A stretch of DNA of 40,988 nt from Gonapodya sp. JEL0774 (taxonomy: Eukaryota), in contig JADIIX010000169.1 of the NCBI GenBank assembly GCA_027604505.1, positions 1-40,988 of the forward strand. The letters run 5' to 3'. The translations under genes and the position numbers were made by a program. A model generated the notes under the pieces. It saw nothing but the letters and a program-made list of their open reading frames with translations. It made no database searches and was not told the DNA's origin. Numbering within the stretch: the first letter of the stretch is position 1; every line of letters begins with the position of its first letter. Below, piece by piece: positions 13,292 through 24,515 of this stretch.

Positions 13292-13414
13292 AGTGTAAAT
13301 CTATAATAAAAGGCATTGGTGTTATGTCGGTTTAAGTAATTCTGTTGGCGAAAACCAACAAGGTGGGTTGGCTCACATAACCCCCTTTTCCAATCCCAAA
13401 TTCGTGTTGCATTC

Positions 13415-14864
13415 ATGCTCACAGCAGCATTAAGTAGATTGATTCTACTCCTTTTGATCATATGTGGAGCGAGTTGTGATATCAGTTGCGTTTCTTCCCT
13501 TCTGTGCTGAACTCGAGATAATCTGACTCATTTCTCTTCTTCCTCGCTCTACTCGTTTGACTTCCCCTTTCTGCGAATGAATAACAATCTGAATCTTAAT
13601 CTCGGATCTAGCGATCGGCAACCTGCGCTTGAGTTCGCAGAACATCTCTGTTCAAGAGTACGTTACCACACATCTCACCATTCAAGCACTCCAACCACCA
13701 TCTGGAGATCTTGTCATCGTAATCACACCCTTGGACGCGTTCTCTTCTGCCCATATTTACTCTGTATCTTCGATTGTGCTTCGAGACACCGGTGTCTACG
13801 TTGTGCCCGTGTATGGGACCTTAGCCACGCCTGCTGCACTTCCTGCGTCGCTGAGACTAGCTGCGAATACTACTCAAAGTGGATTCGCTGGATGGAACGC
13901 GACTGTTCCTGTTGCCGTTCGAGGTGAACGCTGACAGACTAGTACTTCGGTGCGACGTGGGCTTCAAGTTGCTCTTTTCATGTCTTCGAATTAGCGTCGT
14001 GTGGCTATCTCGAGTTTGATGGCTGCTCTGCAAACGACTACGCGGAAGCTACAGTCACTTTCAATCGTCCCATCGATCGTCCTCAATCGCCCTACCTCTT
14101 CAATGTCAGTCTTGTTGACGCCGCGGACCCACTAAATGAGACTTTTGCAACGGAGTCGTATTACACGATCTCTGCGCGAGATGCGACATTTGACCTTCAG
14201 AGTACCTGTGCGAACTCGAACGACTTCTGGAACGGCACGAGCATATCAGTAATTTCAGAGTCCGGGTCTTCATCAGCGAGTGTCAAATTTCAACTAGCCA
14301 TCACGAGGAGTAGCACGTACAGCTCACGGTGTCGATCCGTGCGGATGGTGGCTTTTGATGGGTCTGGGAGCGGAAATCGGAACGGCACCGCTGCCGAGCC
14401 ACTGACCTGCGTGACCAAGGTTGCAGCAACAACGTGTACACGACTAGCCCCGTGGCATATTACTGCGATAGCGCTTGGAGGATTTTTGATGCTGGTGTGA
14501 GCGTCATTTCTGTTGCGTCACGGCGTTGAACGCAATTTTGAGCAACATTTTCTCTTTCCTTAGGTACACGATTGTGCTCGTGTACTTGATTGTTAAGTGT
14601 TGTCGGAAATCATCAGAACGCACACTTAAGGCTGACTCCAAGGCCAAGCTGATTTCGTCGAACACTCCGTTCAAAGAACCTGCCGGCACCGTCTTCAAAA
14701 GTGACTATAATAATGAAAAGCCAAAGAATTCCACTCTCGGGTCGCAGCAACATGAGACCGTGGGCGTTAGCCCCCTTAGTGCCACTGAAACTGCCACTTT
14801 AAATTCGAACAGGGATCCATCCGCTGTAATGTTCATGAGCTACTCGATCGCGTCCCGTCCTTGA
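13415..14864 (+). CDS. Uncharacterised type I membrane glycoprotein
   Basis: Signal-peptide-like MLTAALSRLILLLLIICGASC, open exons at ~13630-13923 and 13995-14496 with many N-x-S/T sequons, spliced TM helix WHITAIALGGFLMLV|YTIVLVYLIV followed by KCCRK and a polar tail. First intron not resolved. Confidence 0.65.
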
Positions 14865-14939
14865 AGTCCAACTGTTTACGTATATTTTTCAATACAATAT
14901 GAAAATGAAATTGTCGGAAAAGAACTAATGGTTAACCAA

Positions 14940-15712
14940 CTAAGAGCCCCGGTGGACTACAATCACAGCTTCCGAAAATATGTCCAATGACAGTATTTGT
15001 ACAGCAAGAGGCGGTACTAGTGCTAAGAATGCCGCCAATGTCCGTTCCAGATTTTCTCCGGACTTTAGTCCAGCAACGGGTTCCGACTCATTCTCAGAGT
15101 CTCGCAAGCTCACGAGCATGCATCCACAGTCCAGAAAGGATGGTGCTGGCAAGTCTCTACTTCTGATGTCTCCCTCCTCTGAGTTGTCCATGTCCCCTAA
15201 TTGTTTCCAAAGGGACGTTTCCGAGGGAGAGGGTAGTGCTCCCCCCAAAATAAAATGACAGCGAGAGGAGTAGTATTCACGAGTCGGAGAGCCGAGAGAG
15301 GAAGGGTAAACGCCCGAGCACATGGCCAAACCTACACCTGTGCGCGAGCAAGGATTGCAAGAGGGTAACCCGTGTTTCAGAATGAAATAGATGTTCTACG
15401 GCGACTTCCCCATCCTCCAGCTTCCCTGCCTTCTCTAACGAGAAGCTCACCTGAATCTACACGACTCTTTCTCCGCTTTCGGATTTCCCCTTCCGCCTCT
15501 CCCTCGCCACGAGCGACGTCCGCATCATTGAGTGTTCCGTCGGACTCTGAGCTTTCGTCTGATTGTGAATCCCGGGACGAAAGGGGGACAGAAGAATCAG
15601 AAAGGTCGAGCGCCGGGCCCAAGGTGGTAGAGTCGGGAAACGTGCACAGCGGACAATGTTCACTGGATTGAGAGTGGAGCATGCCGGAGGGAAGTGTGGG
15701 GTTCGGAATCAA
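14940..15712 (-). CDS. Possible hypothetical protein (Ser/acidic-rich) or gene relic
   Basis: Two adjacent minus-strand ORFs with a possible intervening GTGAGC...CAG intron. No motif or start identified. Confidence 0.25.
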
Positions 15713-16333
15713 GTGAACTTTTGGTCAACCCCTCACTTCCGAGCCGCCTGTCCCCCAACACCCCACTCAATCCTCAAAACCTTCCTGCCGGGCACCCATC
15801 GCCGAAGCTATTCGAGCTCGTGTACAATCCGTCACAAATACGTTGATCAAAAGAGAACTGGAGCGACCAAGACAGGCGGACGGCGAGTTTTCGCGCCACA
15901 GCGGTCGATTCAACCCATCACGGAGGCTGATTGATTCAATCGCGCGCGCTCCAAACCAACCGTTTGTTACACCATCATGCCGTCACTCGGATTGCAGAGA
16001 ATGCATTTTGCAGGATTCATTCAGGAGTTGGGCCAATCATGACAATACTTACACTCACCATTCTGCAAACCCACAGTGCGATTGTACAGCAGAGTTCAGA
16101 GATAGATACACATTACCGATTTTCGGGACAAAACCGTCGGTTCCGCCGCGAACCACAACAGCTAAACAAGCTGCACCAAAATGAAGTGTGAGTTGGTGAT
16201 CCATGTTGATCAGTTCTTTCAGTTTCTATCGGCTCTCTCTTAGTTCTTTCACTGTGCTGACGTCGACGTTACTCTATATTGTGTATGTCTCTCCCTGAAA
16301 AATCTGCTAATTCATGTACTATAGTAAGATGAG

Positions 16334-19022
16334 TTATAAATTGGATGAGAGGACGAAACCATCGCCAGTCCAATCCGTCCGGAACCCCGCAAGCACATCG
16401 GCGCCATCATTAGATACCGAGAAGTTAATAACTGTGTTGTTAAAATCTTTTGACGAAGAGGTTAGATGCATCAGTTCCATCGTCAATGAACAATAGCGAC
16501 CTCAATTCGGTGACTCACCAGGCTGAGCTGAGCTCACTTCAAACAGGTTCATAATTTTCAACAACGGATGGCCGTCCAAGAAGGTCTTTGTGAACACCTG
16601 TCTCCACCATGCCTGCTTCTGTTGCAAACTCGTCAAGGCCGTCGTTGTATCCAGCGGGTTGTGGAAGATGCCCGTTTCGGCAATGATGAAAGGCTTGTTG
16701 TAGGTTACAGTAAAGTTATAGAGGTCTGCAACGAGGATTTGGGCACCAGAGAAAGGGTTTACACCAGTGAGAATGTTATTGTAGTAGCCGTCAGGGGGGA
16801 GGCTGTTAGTGCCCACTAAACAAATAGAAGAAGAGAACAGCGTGATGAGTTTATGTCGCACAAAATTGTCGGCGAGACCTCTCGTCAACGTATCCAACTT
16901 ACAAGGAAACACCCCCTGATAGAACAAACTAGTCCCTATAAAGTCCACGTACGCCTCACCAGGCCAATACGGTGTGAAAGGATCGTCCGCGGCTGTGAGC
17001 GTACCATCGCCATTGGTGTCGAGGGCGGTGTAGTCGGCGGTGCCGGCGGCTGGAAAATAAGTCCCGCCGGTCCAAGGGTAGTTGAGAGCGTTATTGGGTG
17101 ACCTGACAAGACGACGATAGTGGTTCAGAAAGTGGAGTGAGTGAAGAAGGGAGGAGGTGTTGGACGGGGCATTTGCCAGCTCCCAACGACGTGTCCATCC
17201 CCCAAGCGTTACGGTCAACTCACCACAACATGGCACTTCTCGTGGCAATGCCGTGTACCGCATCGGCAACAATTCTGTAGGCTGCCGCGTACAAGGTGGG
17301 TTTTCCGCCCCATGTGTACCAGCCACCGTTCATCCTATGAATTGGAAGGACGGTACCAAATCGAGATCAGTCAAAACAACAATTCGAGATTCAAAACAAA
17401 GAGAGAAATAGAAAAAGACAGAGGACAAAACACAATGCTGGTGGAGGGCCGCCCAAACTCAACAACAAACAAACACCACCAGCAACTCACTCGTGCGCGA
17501 ACCGGACAATGACGCGGGTTCCCAAGACGTTGATCCGCCTGCACACCTCTGCCAAATCCGCCGCCGTCGCTGCAGTCACGACAGAGAGTCCCGCAGTTGG
17601 TTCCACAGAGAGGATCAAGTAGCCCCCCGCTGGCATGGAAGCGATGACCGTGTTGCTGAGGTAGTCCACCGTGCCTTGTATCGAGGTGATGGGGAATGGG
17701 AGGAAGGCCATAAAAGTGGTGACGTTGCCACCTGGGAGGGCCATGCGGGAGTTGAACGCGCCCGGTGTGTCGATGGAGTAATCGAGCAGGGCACCCAGGA
17801 CGGCGCCAGTGGTGGGTACGGAAATAGGGTTGATACCGCGAGGGCCCGGGGGGGGGAGCGGGGCTGGATTGGATACGGCCATGGGGACGGCGGTAGGAGA
17901 GACTGCCGGAGATACAGAGATTGCAAGCGCTGGAGAGAGGGTGGCGGAACCGCCGCCGCCTGCGACACCGCCACCGCCGGTGGTGACGGTGGTGGTGCTA
18001 CGATTGGCGAGGACGTAGTAAACTCCGCCAGCAACTCCACCGGCGATGCAGAGGAGACCTGGAAAGGGTTCAAGTCAGTTGTGTGAGTAGATCCGGAGTA
18101 TCCGGGGGGACTTCTCTTTGTTTCTGGCAGATGCTGCTCTAGTGCGAATTTACTCACCACCCATAACCATTAGTGCAACGAGCAAGCTCCCCTTTGACAC
18201 CTTCTTCCTCCTCCTCTGAGTGTTTGGAGCGCTCCCATCCGGGTAGGGGCCATCACCAACCTTGCCCATCTTGGCCAGCAATTGTGCGTCAGACCTGGCC
18301 AGAGAGCCGTAGGAGCCTTGAGGCGGGGAGGGTGATTGATTCCGCTGGATGTTTTGCTGTTGGTTGTTCGGGAGGAGCATTTGTTGTTGGTAAGGGAGAG
18401 CGACGAGGGATGGTGAGCGGTTTGACGGAGACGGGGAGGAAGAAGACGCAGATGGCCCCGATGAAGAAGGATGGAGATGGTGGTGGGTGTAAGGTTGGGC
18501 GGGTTGAGGGACCTGAAGGGCGGAGGCTTGAGGGTTGCCCATGGAAGCTGCACCGTTGGCAGTTGTGGACGAGCCAAACGTCTGAAGGGGGATGGACTGC
18601 TGTGGGTATGCTGCAGCAGCATTGTTGGAAGCGGAGGGGCGGGGAAATTGGGGTTGAGCTGAGGGAGATACGGGGGAGACTTGCGGGGGCTGATCGTGGT
18701 TCTGGATGGAGACCGAGACTGTCGGGGGGTTATGCTGTTGAGAGCGTTGCTGGTGTTGGCCGGCGGGGACCAAATTCGGGGTATACTGAGCATTGTAATT
18801 CTGGGAGTACTGGTTGTAAGCGGAAGGGGGCCCATTATTGGCATCGAGCTTGAATTGGGGAGGGGGATTTGAAGCGTACTGGGCCCTTCCGGACTCGAAA
18901 AACGTGCGAGAGTGCATGGCCATGTCTTCAGAAGAAATTGTGACCTGAGTCCCGGAGAGCGGGCGGTCCTGCCTGGGCTGGCCGTTCTGGTACGGAGCAG
19001 CCATTTGATCCACAGATTCCAA
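16334..19022 (-). CDS. Type II membrane-anchored glycoside hydrolase family 26-like protein, multi-exon
   Basis: IVRFAHE|MNGGWYTWG (acid/base Glu codon split by an intron), AMLW|SPN, DPFTPYWPGEAYVDFIGTSLFY, KPFIIAETG (nucleophile), KQAWWRQV. The N-terminal ~270 aa are Q/P/S-rich, followed by RRRKK and a TM helix. Last exon junction uncertain. Confidence 0.85.
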
Positions 19023-21168
19023 TTGTGTATATCAAGGAAGGGGAGTCCAGGGAGTCCAGTCAGTATCAAGCAGCCGTTTTTGGATTGAATATGAGACCGG
19101 GATCGGGGAATTCAAAGGGAACAAAGGGGACGGGGGAATAGAAGACGCCTTTTGCTCTGGTGCAGGTACAGTTTGAGCTCGGACAGGTTCCGCCGGATGC
19201 AGGCTGCTGTCGATCCTCTGTTCCGTCCTTCGTTATTCCCAGGTCAGATTTGGCCAGACTCCACAAACGTTCTGGATGCTCTCAGATTTTGTGGAGTGCA
19301 CCAACAGTGCGGGTCGCTTGGGGTGCGGGGGCAGTGCGAGCGGGGTGGTGGAATCCCTGATTGACTTTGCCACACATCCTTCCACCCCCCTTTGGGAAAG
19401 TATTATATGCATTCCTGTAAGCGCAATCGTCCTCTCCTGCGATAAAGAAGACAGCCATTTATCTCATACTCAAACTGTAAGTCCGCGAGTACTTTTCGAT
19501 CGCATTTTCCGCGTGAGCGATCGTGAACGTCATAGGTGCCTTTGTCCTCCACTGGCAGACATAAAACGCATCATCGTCAATCTAATCAATACAATCAATC
19601 CAGTATTATCCTCATTATCGTTTTGTCATACCACAAGAACAACCGAAAGAGTATCAAAGTGATGGTGGAAACTGGGACAAGAATGCTATTGATGTTTGCG
19701 TAGTGCAGTGTGCCGCCTTCCCATTACTATCCGGAACGATACGTACTATATAGAACGATTTTCCATAAAAGTATTATTGGATATGGTTGACTTTCCGTCC
19801 ACGATTGCCTGACACAGCGGCCGGCTCGCAAAGCACGACAAAGCCATTCACACACAGTCATGTCCCAATTTTGAACTCCTTGCCGGCATATAAGCTTGAG
19901 ATATGACGTTCAGTTTACGGTGCATTCAACTCTCACGCTTATTCTCCCTGTTTTCGGGTGCCGATCTGAGGTTTGACGGTGCAAAGGTTGATGGATTTGT
20001 TTCCCGCCCGGACATTGCGCCGAGTAACTTGATCTCATTCCACCCCGGAGACACAACCGTTGTTATGAGTGGAAGTGGTGTTTGCCCTTGACAATGATGC
20101 CCGCCTTCTGACCTCGTGGATGGATTCTTATGTAAATAAAGGGGATAATTCGTAGTCGCTCTTCTCTCGCAGCTCTACAAGGACGCGACAGAGATGGACC
20201 TGCCAAGCACTTCCAATGTCGGGCGTAAACACGGTTTGGTGGTGACTCATCTGTCTCTCCCCAGAGTGTACAGCCTTCATTGAAAGGCCCGATTCACGAC
20301 TGCAGGTTGATTTCATTGAAGGAGTCCAGTGTAGAAACTCTGGACCCACAGACACGCAAATTTCATTGTTCTGACTAGCGTTTTGCGCCTGTAAGGTCAA
20401 AAGTCGTTACGTTGGTGTCAAGCTTGGTTCGAGCGGGAATCCCAGGTCCGTGACCCTAACTCCGCAGTGAGGAATGCACGGAGTATGCAAATTGTGGCCT
20501 TGCCCGAGCACTTGTTTTAGATTAGGTTGAGATGGAGAGAGGCTCGGCAATGGCATTGTGGGCAGGATCACTCACACGGGCGAGAATTTCACAATATCCA
20601 CTGGATCCAACTCGTGGTCCTCAATCAACGAACACGCTCTCGTGCCGTACGTTCACCCCAAGCGTCTGACACTCCGTTCTGAGTTCCGTCGTTCAGAACC
20701 CAAAGACGCCTTCAGAAAACTCGCTCATGTATAGATGAAGCTCTTCAATGGACCTCTTCCAACGCCCATCGTGTTCATCCTCGAAATGTCGCGCTCACAT
20801 GCCAGCTCAGCACAATGTGTCAATGATTCGATCCATTTGTCTCCTCGATTGTCCCAGGGGGACTGCACCGAAATGTTGAACGTGCTGCATAACAAATAAT
20901 GCACCGACGAAAGTCGTGAAAACGAGGTATCAAAAGTTAAAAGCACTTGAATACAATTGTACGCTTTTGCATTAAAGATTTTAGGTGGACAGAAAGTCAC
21001 GCCGCAGTACGCAGCGCAGTGCTCAATAATCATCCCATCGCACGAAACGGGACACATCCCCGTCCCACATTGCTCGCTCTCCATCACCCGCACGGTCTCG
21101 CCAAGCGCCAACCTTTGCTTCTATCTCCTCGACGAACCCTCTGGGTCGAACCAGTGGAAACCCCGACC

Positions 21169-24057
21169 ATGCATTGCGGCCAGACCACCTCCGACATCTT
21201 GTTTGTCAATTTCAACCAGGATTTCTCGTGAGTGGAGAATGTCAAAGTGTGATTCTCGTATCGTAGCTGCGAAGTGCTCGGCGATGTGAACCGGAGCTTG
21301 GACGGGAGCGAGACAGAAATGGTCCAAGGTGTGGGAACTGTGGAGCGTGGGGCTGACGGGAGGAGAAGCAAGGATCCAGACGGGAAGAGGAAGCACAGAC
21401 GAACTTCGGAAAATTGAATTGGCATTTTAATGAGCAACTGCGCTTGAACTGTGGGACATGCCTGAGGTGTAACGCCGCAAAAGTGGCTACCAGTGTTGCC
21501 CTCTGACAAGGCCATGCAAGGACGGTACAGACCATGGCTCATCAGCTAGGCCACAAAACTTCCATTTGTGTGCTGCTCGTTGGGGACTCGAAGCCACCGA
21601 CGGAGTGCGGAGATTGGCAACAGGAACGGGAACGTTGTCAATCTCCGCGGAAACCTAGTCGCTGCACCCGCGGTTTCGCCACCGAGTCACTTTGAGGCCG
21701 ATATCTCCGTGCTTTAACCGTACTTCACCTCGCCCCTCTTCCTTCCTTCCTGCTCGGCCCCCAAATGTCCCTCTGAACCGGCCCGGCCACGTGCATCGCA
21801 CACCTCCCTCCACATATTGCACTCCATCATCACCGTAGTTGTATCTCAGTTGGAACCCGGCATGGCTACAAGATTTACAACTGTGACCCGTTTGGAAAAT
21901 GTTTTGGTAAAGGTGAATGCTCCACCTCCAGGTGACGGAGGGACATACATACTGGCGAAGTATCGCCAATTCATTCCGCAATAAAAGAAGGAGGACCAAA
22001 GAAACCGTGCGCGTGATAAAGGCTGGCCGTGTGCAGAGTATCTGGTAGCGGTCGATAGGAGCTGGGGTCAAATCTCGCAACGTCAAACACCGTTTAGGCC
22101 CTCCTTGAATGCAGAAGCGGAGGCACACCATGGTTGTTTGGTGAAAGAAATGAATGGCTCTGGGCTTGGGAATGGAATTCGGAGTTGCCGAAAACCCGCC
22201 ACCTGTCACATGTGTCGTCCATGTCAGTTGTCTTCCGCGACCAACCCATTCTGACGTTCCCAATATTCCCCCGCCCCCCGCCCCCCTGCCCCCACCCGCA
22301 GCCGATGGCGGCATCGGTATTGTCGAAATGCTCTTCTCCACCTCGCTTGTGGCACTGGTGGGTGCCGGAGAGCAACCCGCGTTTTCACCAAGACGGTTGC
22401 AATTGACAAATACGAAGGTGAGTCGAGTGGTTTTGGATGGTTTAGCGAGGAGAGGAGTGGCTTAGAAAATATGAAAAGGACCGTGGTACATGTTTGTGGA
22501 ATGGAAATCGCCAATGCAGGAGTGGTGGGCGGAAACCGCATTCAATCCACACCCTCCACTTTTCAAATCAAATTGACCCCGATAACCACTACTTCTCCGT
22601 AAGCGCAACTCCACTATCTGTGAACTGACGTTCGTCACAGCCATTCTCGCCGTGAAGCTAAACCGGCGGCGACTGGTCGTTGTGCTCGAAGAACACATGT
22701 ACGTGTACGATGTGGCCAACATGAAGTTGCTGCATACGATCGATACGAACCCGAATCCAAATGGTGAGCTGGGTTTCGAGGAGTGGGGGCGTAAATTTGG
22801 CAACCTGTGGTGCTCTACATTCTTGTTACAACTGAACCACGAACTCCCATATTCAGCTCTCTGCTCCCTTTCCCCATCCTCCGACCCCTGTTACCTGGCC
22901 TATCCTTCGCACACTTCCACTTCCCATACCTCGCCCTCTTCCCCGCATTCCTCTAACTCCCATTCTGCCGGGGAGCTCCTCATTTTCGATGCCGCGAGCT
23001 TACAGGCTGTGAATATTATCCAGGCACATAAAACGGCTCTCAGCGCGGTGAGCTTTAGTGGGGATGGGAGGTGTGTGGCAACGGCGAGTGACAAGGTGTG
23101 TGGATTTTGATGACCGAGCTCTGTGACAACACGCTCACATTGTGGTCCATTTCTACTTTACATTTTGCGCTCCGTAAAAACCACAAAAGGGCACCGTCAT
23201 CCGGGTCTTCTCGGTTCCCTCTGGTCAAAAACTACACCAGTTCCGTCGCGGCGCGTATCCTGCCCGGATCTTCTCCCTATCTTTCAACGTCCAATCAACG
23301 TACTTAGCCGTTTCCTCCGACACGGACACGGTACACGTCTTTAAGATGGAAAGAGGCGGTTCGCAAGGTTCAGGAAGTGGTGTAGGACAACCAGGGCATC
23401 AAAATACAGGAATGTATGGAAATGGGAATGGCGCACGGGAGGGGAGGGAGGACGGGCAAGGAAGCGTGGCAAAATGGGTGCCGCCAGCGTTTGGGGGTTT
23501 GGTGGGGTGAGGTTCTCTTGTTTTGTTGGCAGACCGCATCGGATTCGCTGAACCACATGTCACGCTTTTTTCGTCGGCGCTCCGCCCTCCTCAATTCGTC
23601 GGGCCCGTTTACTTTGTATGTCCTCATCTCAGACGTGGCCTTACTGCCGCCGCCGGTGCCGCACAACGTGTCCTCCCAGAGTCGTTTACAGAGATGTTGG
23701 AACCGCAGCGAGATTTCGCCTTCGCCAAATTACCGGCGGGGACAAAGGGTGTCCCGAACATCTGCGCGTTGGCGAGGTGAGCTTGGAGGACAGGAGATTA
23801 TCGTGGTGGGTCGTTGGGAGTTGGGAAAATGACACGTGACGTACTATCTCTTTCATGCATGCGCACACCCAACCTCGATCTGCAACGCGGATCATTCTGC
23901 AATCAGTTCCAATCCACAGCTCATCGTTGTCACTGCAGAAGGGATCTTCCATTCTTACGGAATCCCCCTTGAAGCTGGTGGGGAGTGCCCATTACTCAAG
24001 ACATTTTCTCTTACAGATACGGAAGAGGATGTAGTAGCTGGTGGGGCGTTAGGGTGA
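21169..24057 (+). CDS. ATG18: Autophagy PROPPIN Atg18/WIPI, multi-exon
   Basis: [48 protein letters not shown]...[23 protein letters not shown]...[13 protein letters not shown]...HQFRRG (phosphoinositide-binding FRRG), [17 protein letters not shown]. Confidence 0.97.
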
Positions 24058-24515
24058 GCCACTGATACCTTGATCTTGGGAGAACACTGGGCGGGGGGCC
24101 TGGTTTGGGATGTGGGCTCTGCGGTGCACGATATTGAACAACAGAGGGGGAAAGATGTGGACAGATTGAAGGAGGTTCACACCTCATCGCACCGCGTGTT
24201 TATAACGACTGGCATGAAAGTGAGACAGTGCGGGTTAAAATTGACTTTTAGTTGTTTGAATTGGACAACGATGTCTGGTTGCCGTATTTGTATCAGTAGA
24301 ATAATGGCCCTTAGTTGCAGGTTTGCGGGAAGAAAAGCAAGACAAGGAAGAAATATATGTCATATTGAACTTGAGTACACTCAATCACATCTAGAGTTTC
24401 GGCGTGAGGTGTGAAAGCTTTAGCACGCTCTATTATTTTTGCTGGAAGTGAGGTGTTTGGCGGGATCGGTAGGAAGGAAGAAGGCAAGGAGAAGTACAAC
24501 TGAGTAATTAAGTTA

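Noticed and set aside
20400..20470. B-box-like GGTTCGAGC suggesting a tRNA or SINE
   Set aside because: No cloverleaf stems or properly spaced A-box could be built.
19900..21100. Possible decayed gene between the GH26 gene and ATG18
   Set aside because: Only short stop-interrupted frames with no recognisable family, which is insufficient support.
21084..21542. Minus-strand ORFs (e.g. [15 protein letters not shown]...)
   Set aside because: They overlap ATG18 exon 1 and intron 1 on the opposite strand and have no recognisable motif.
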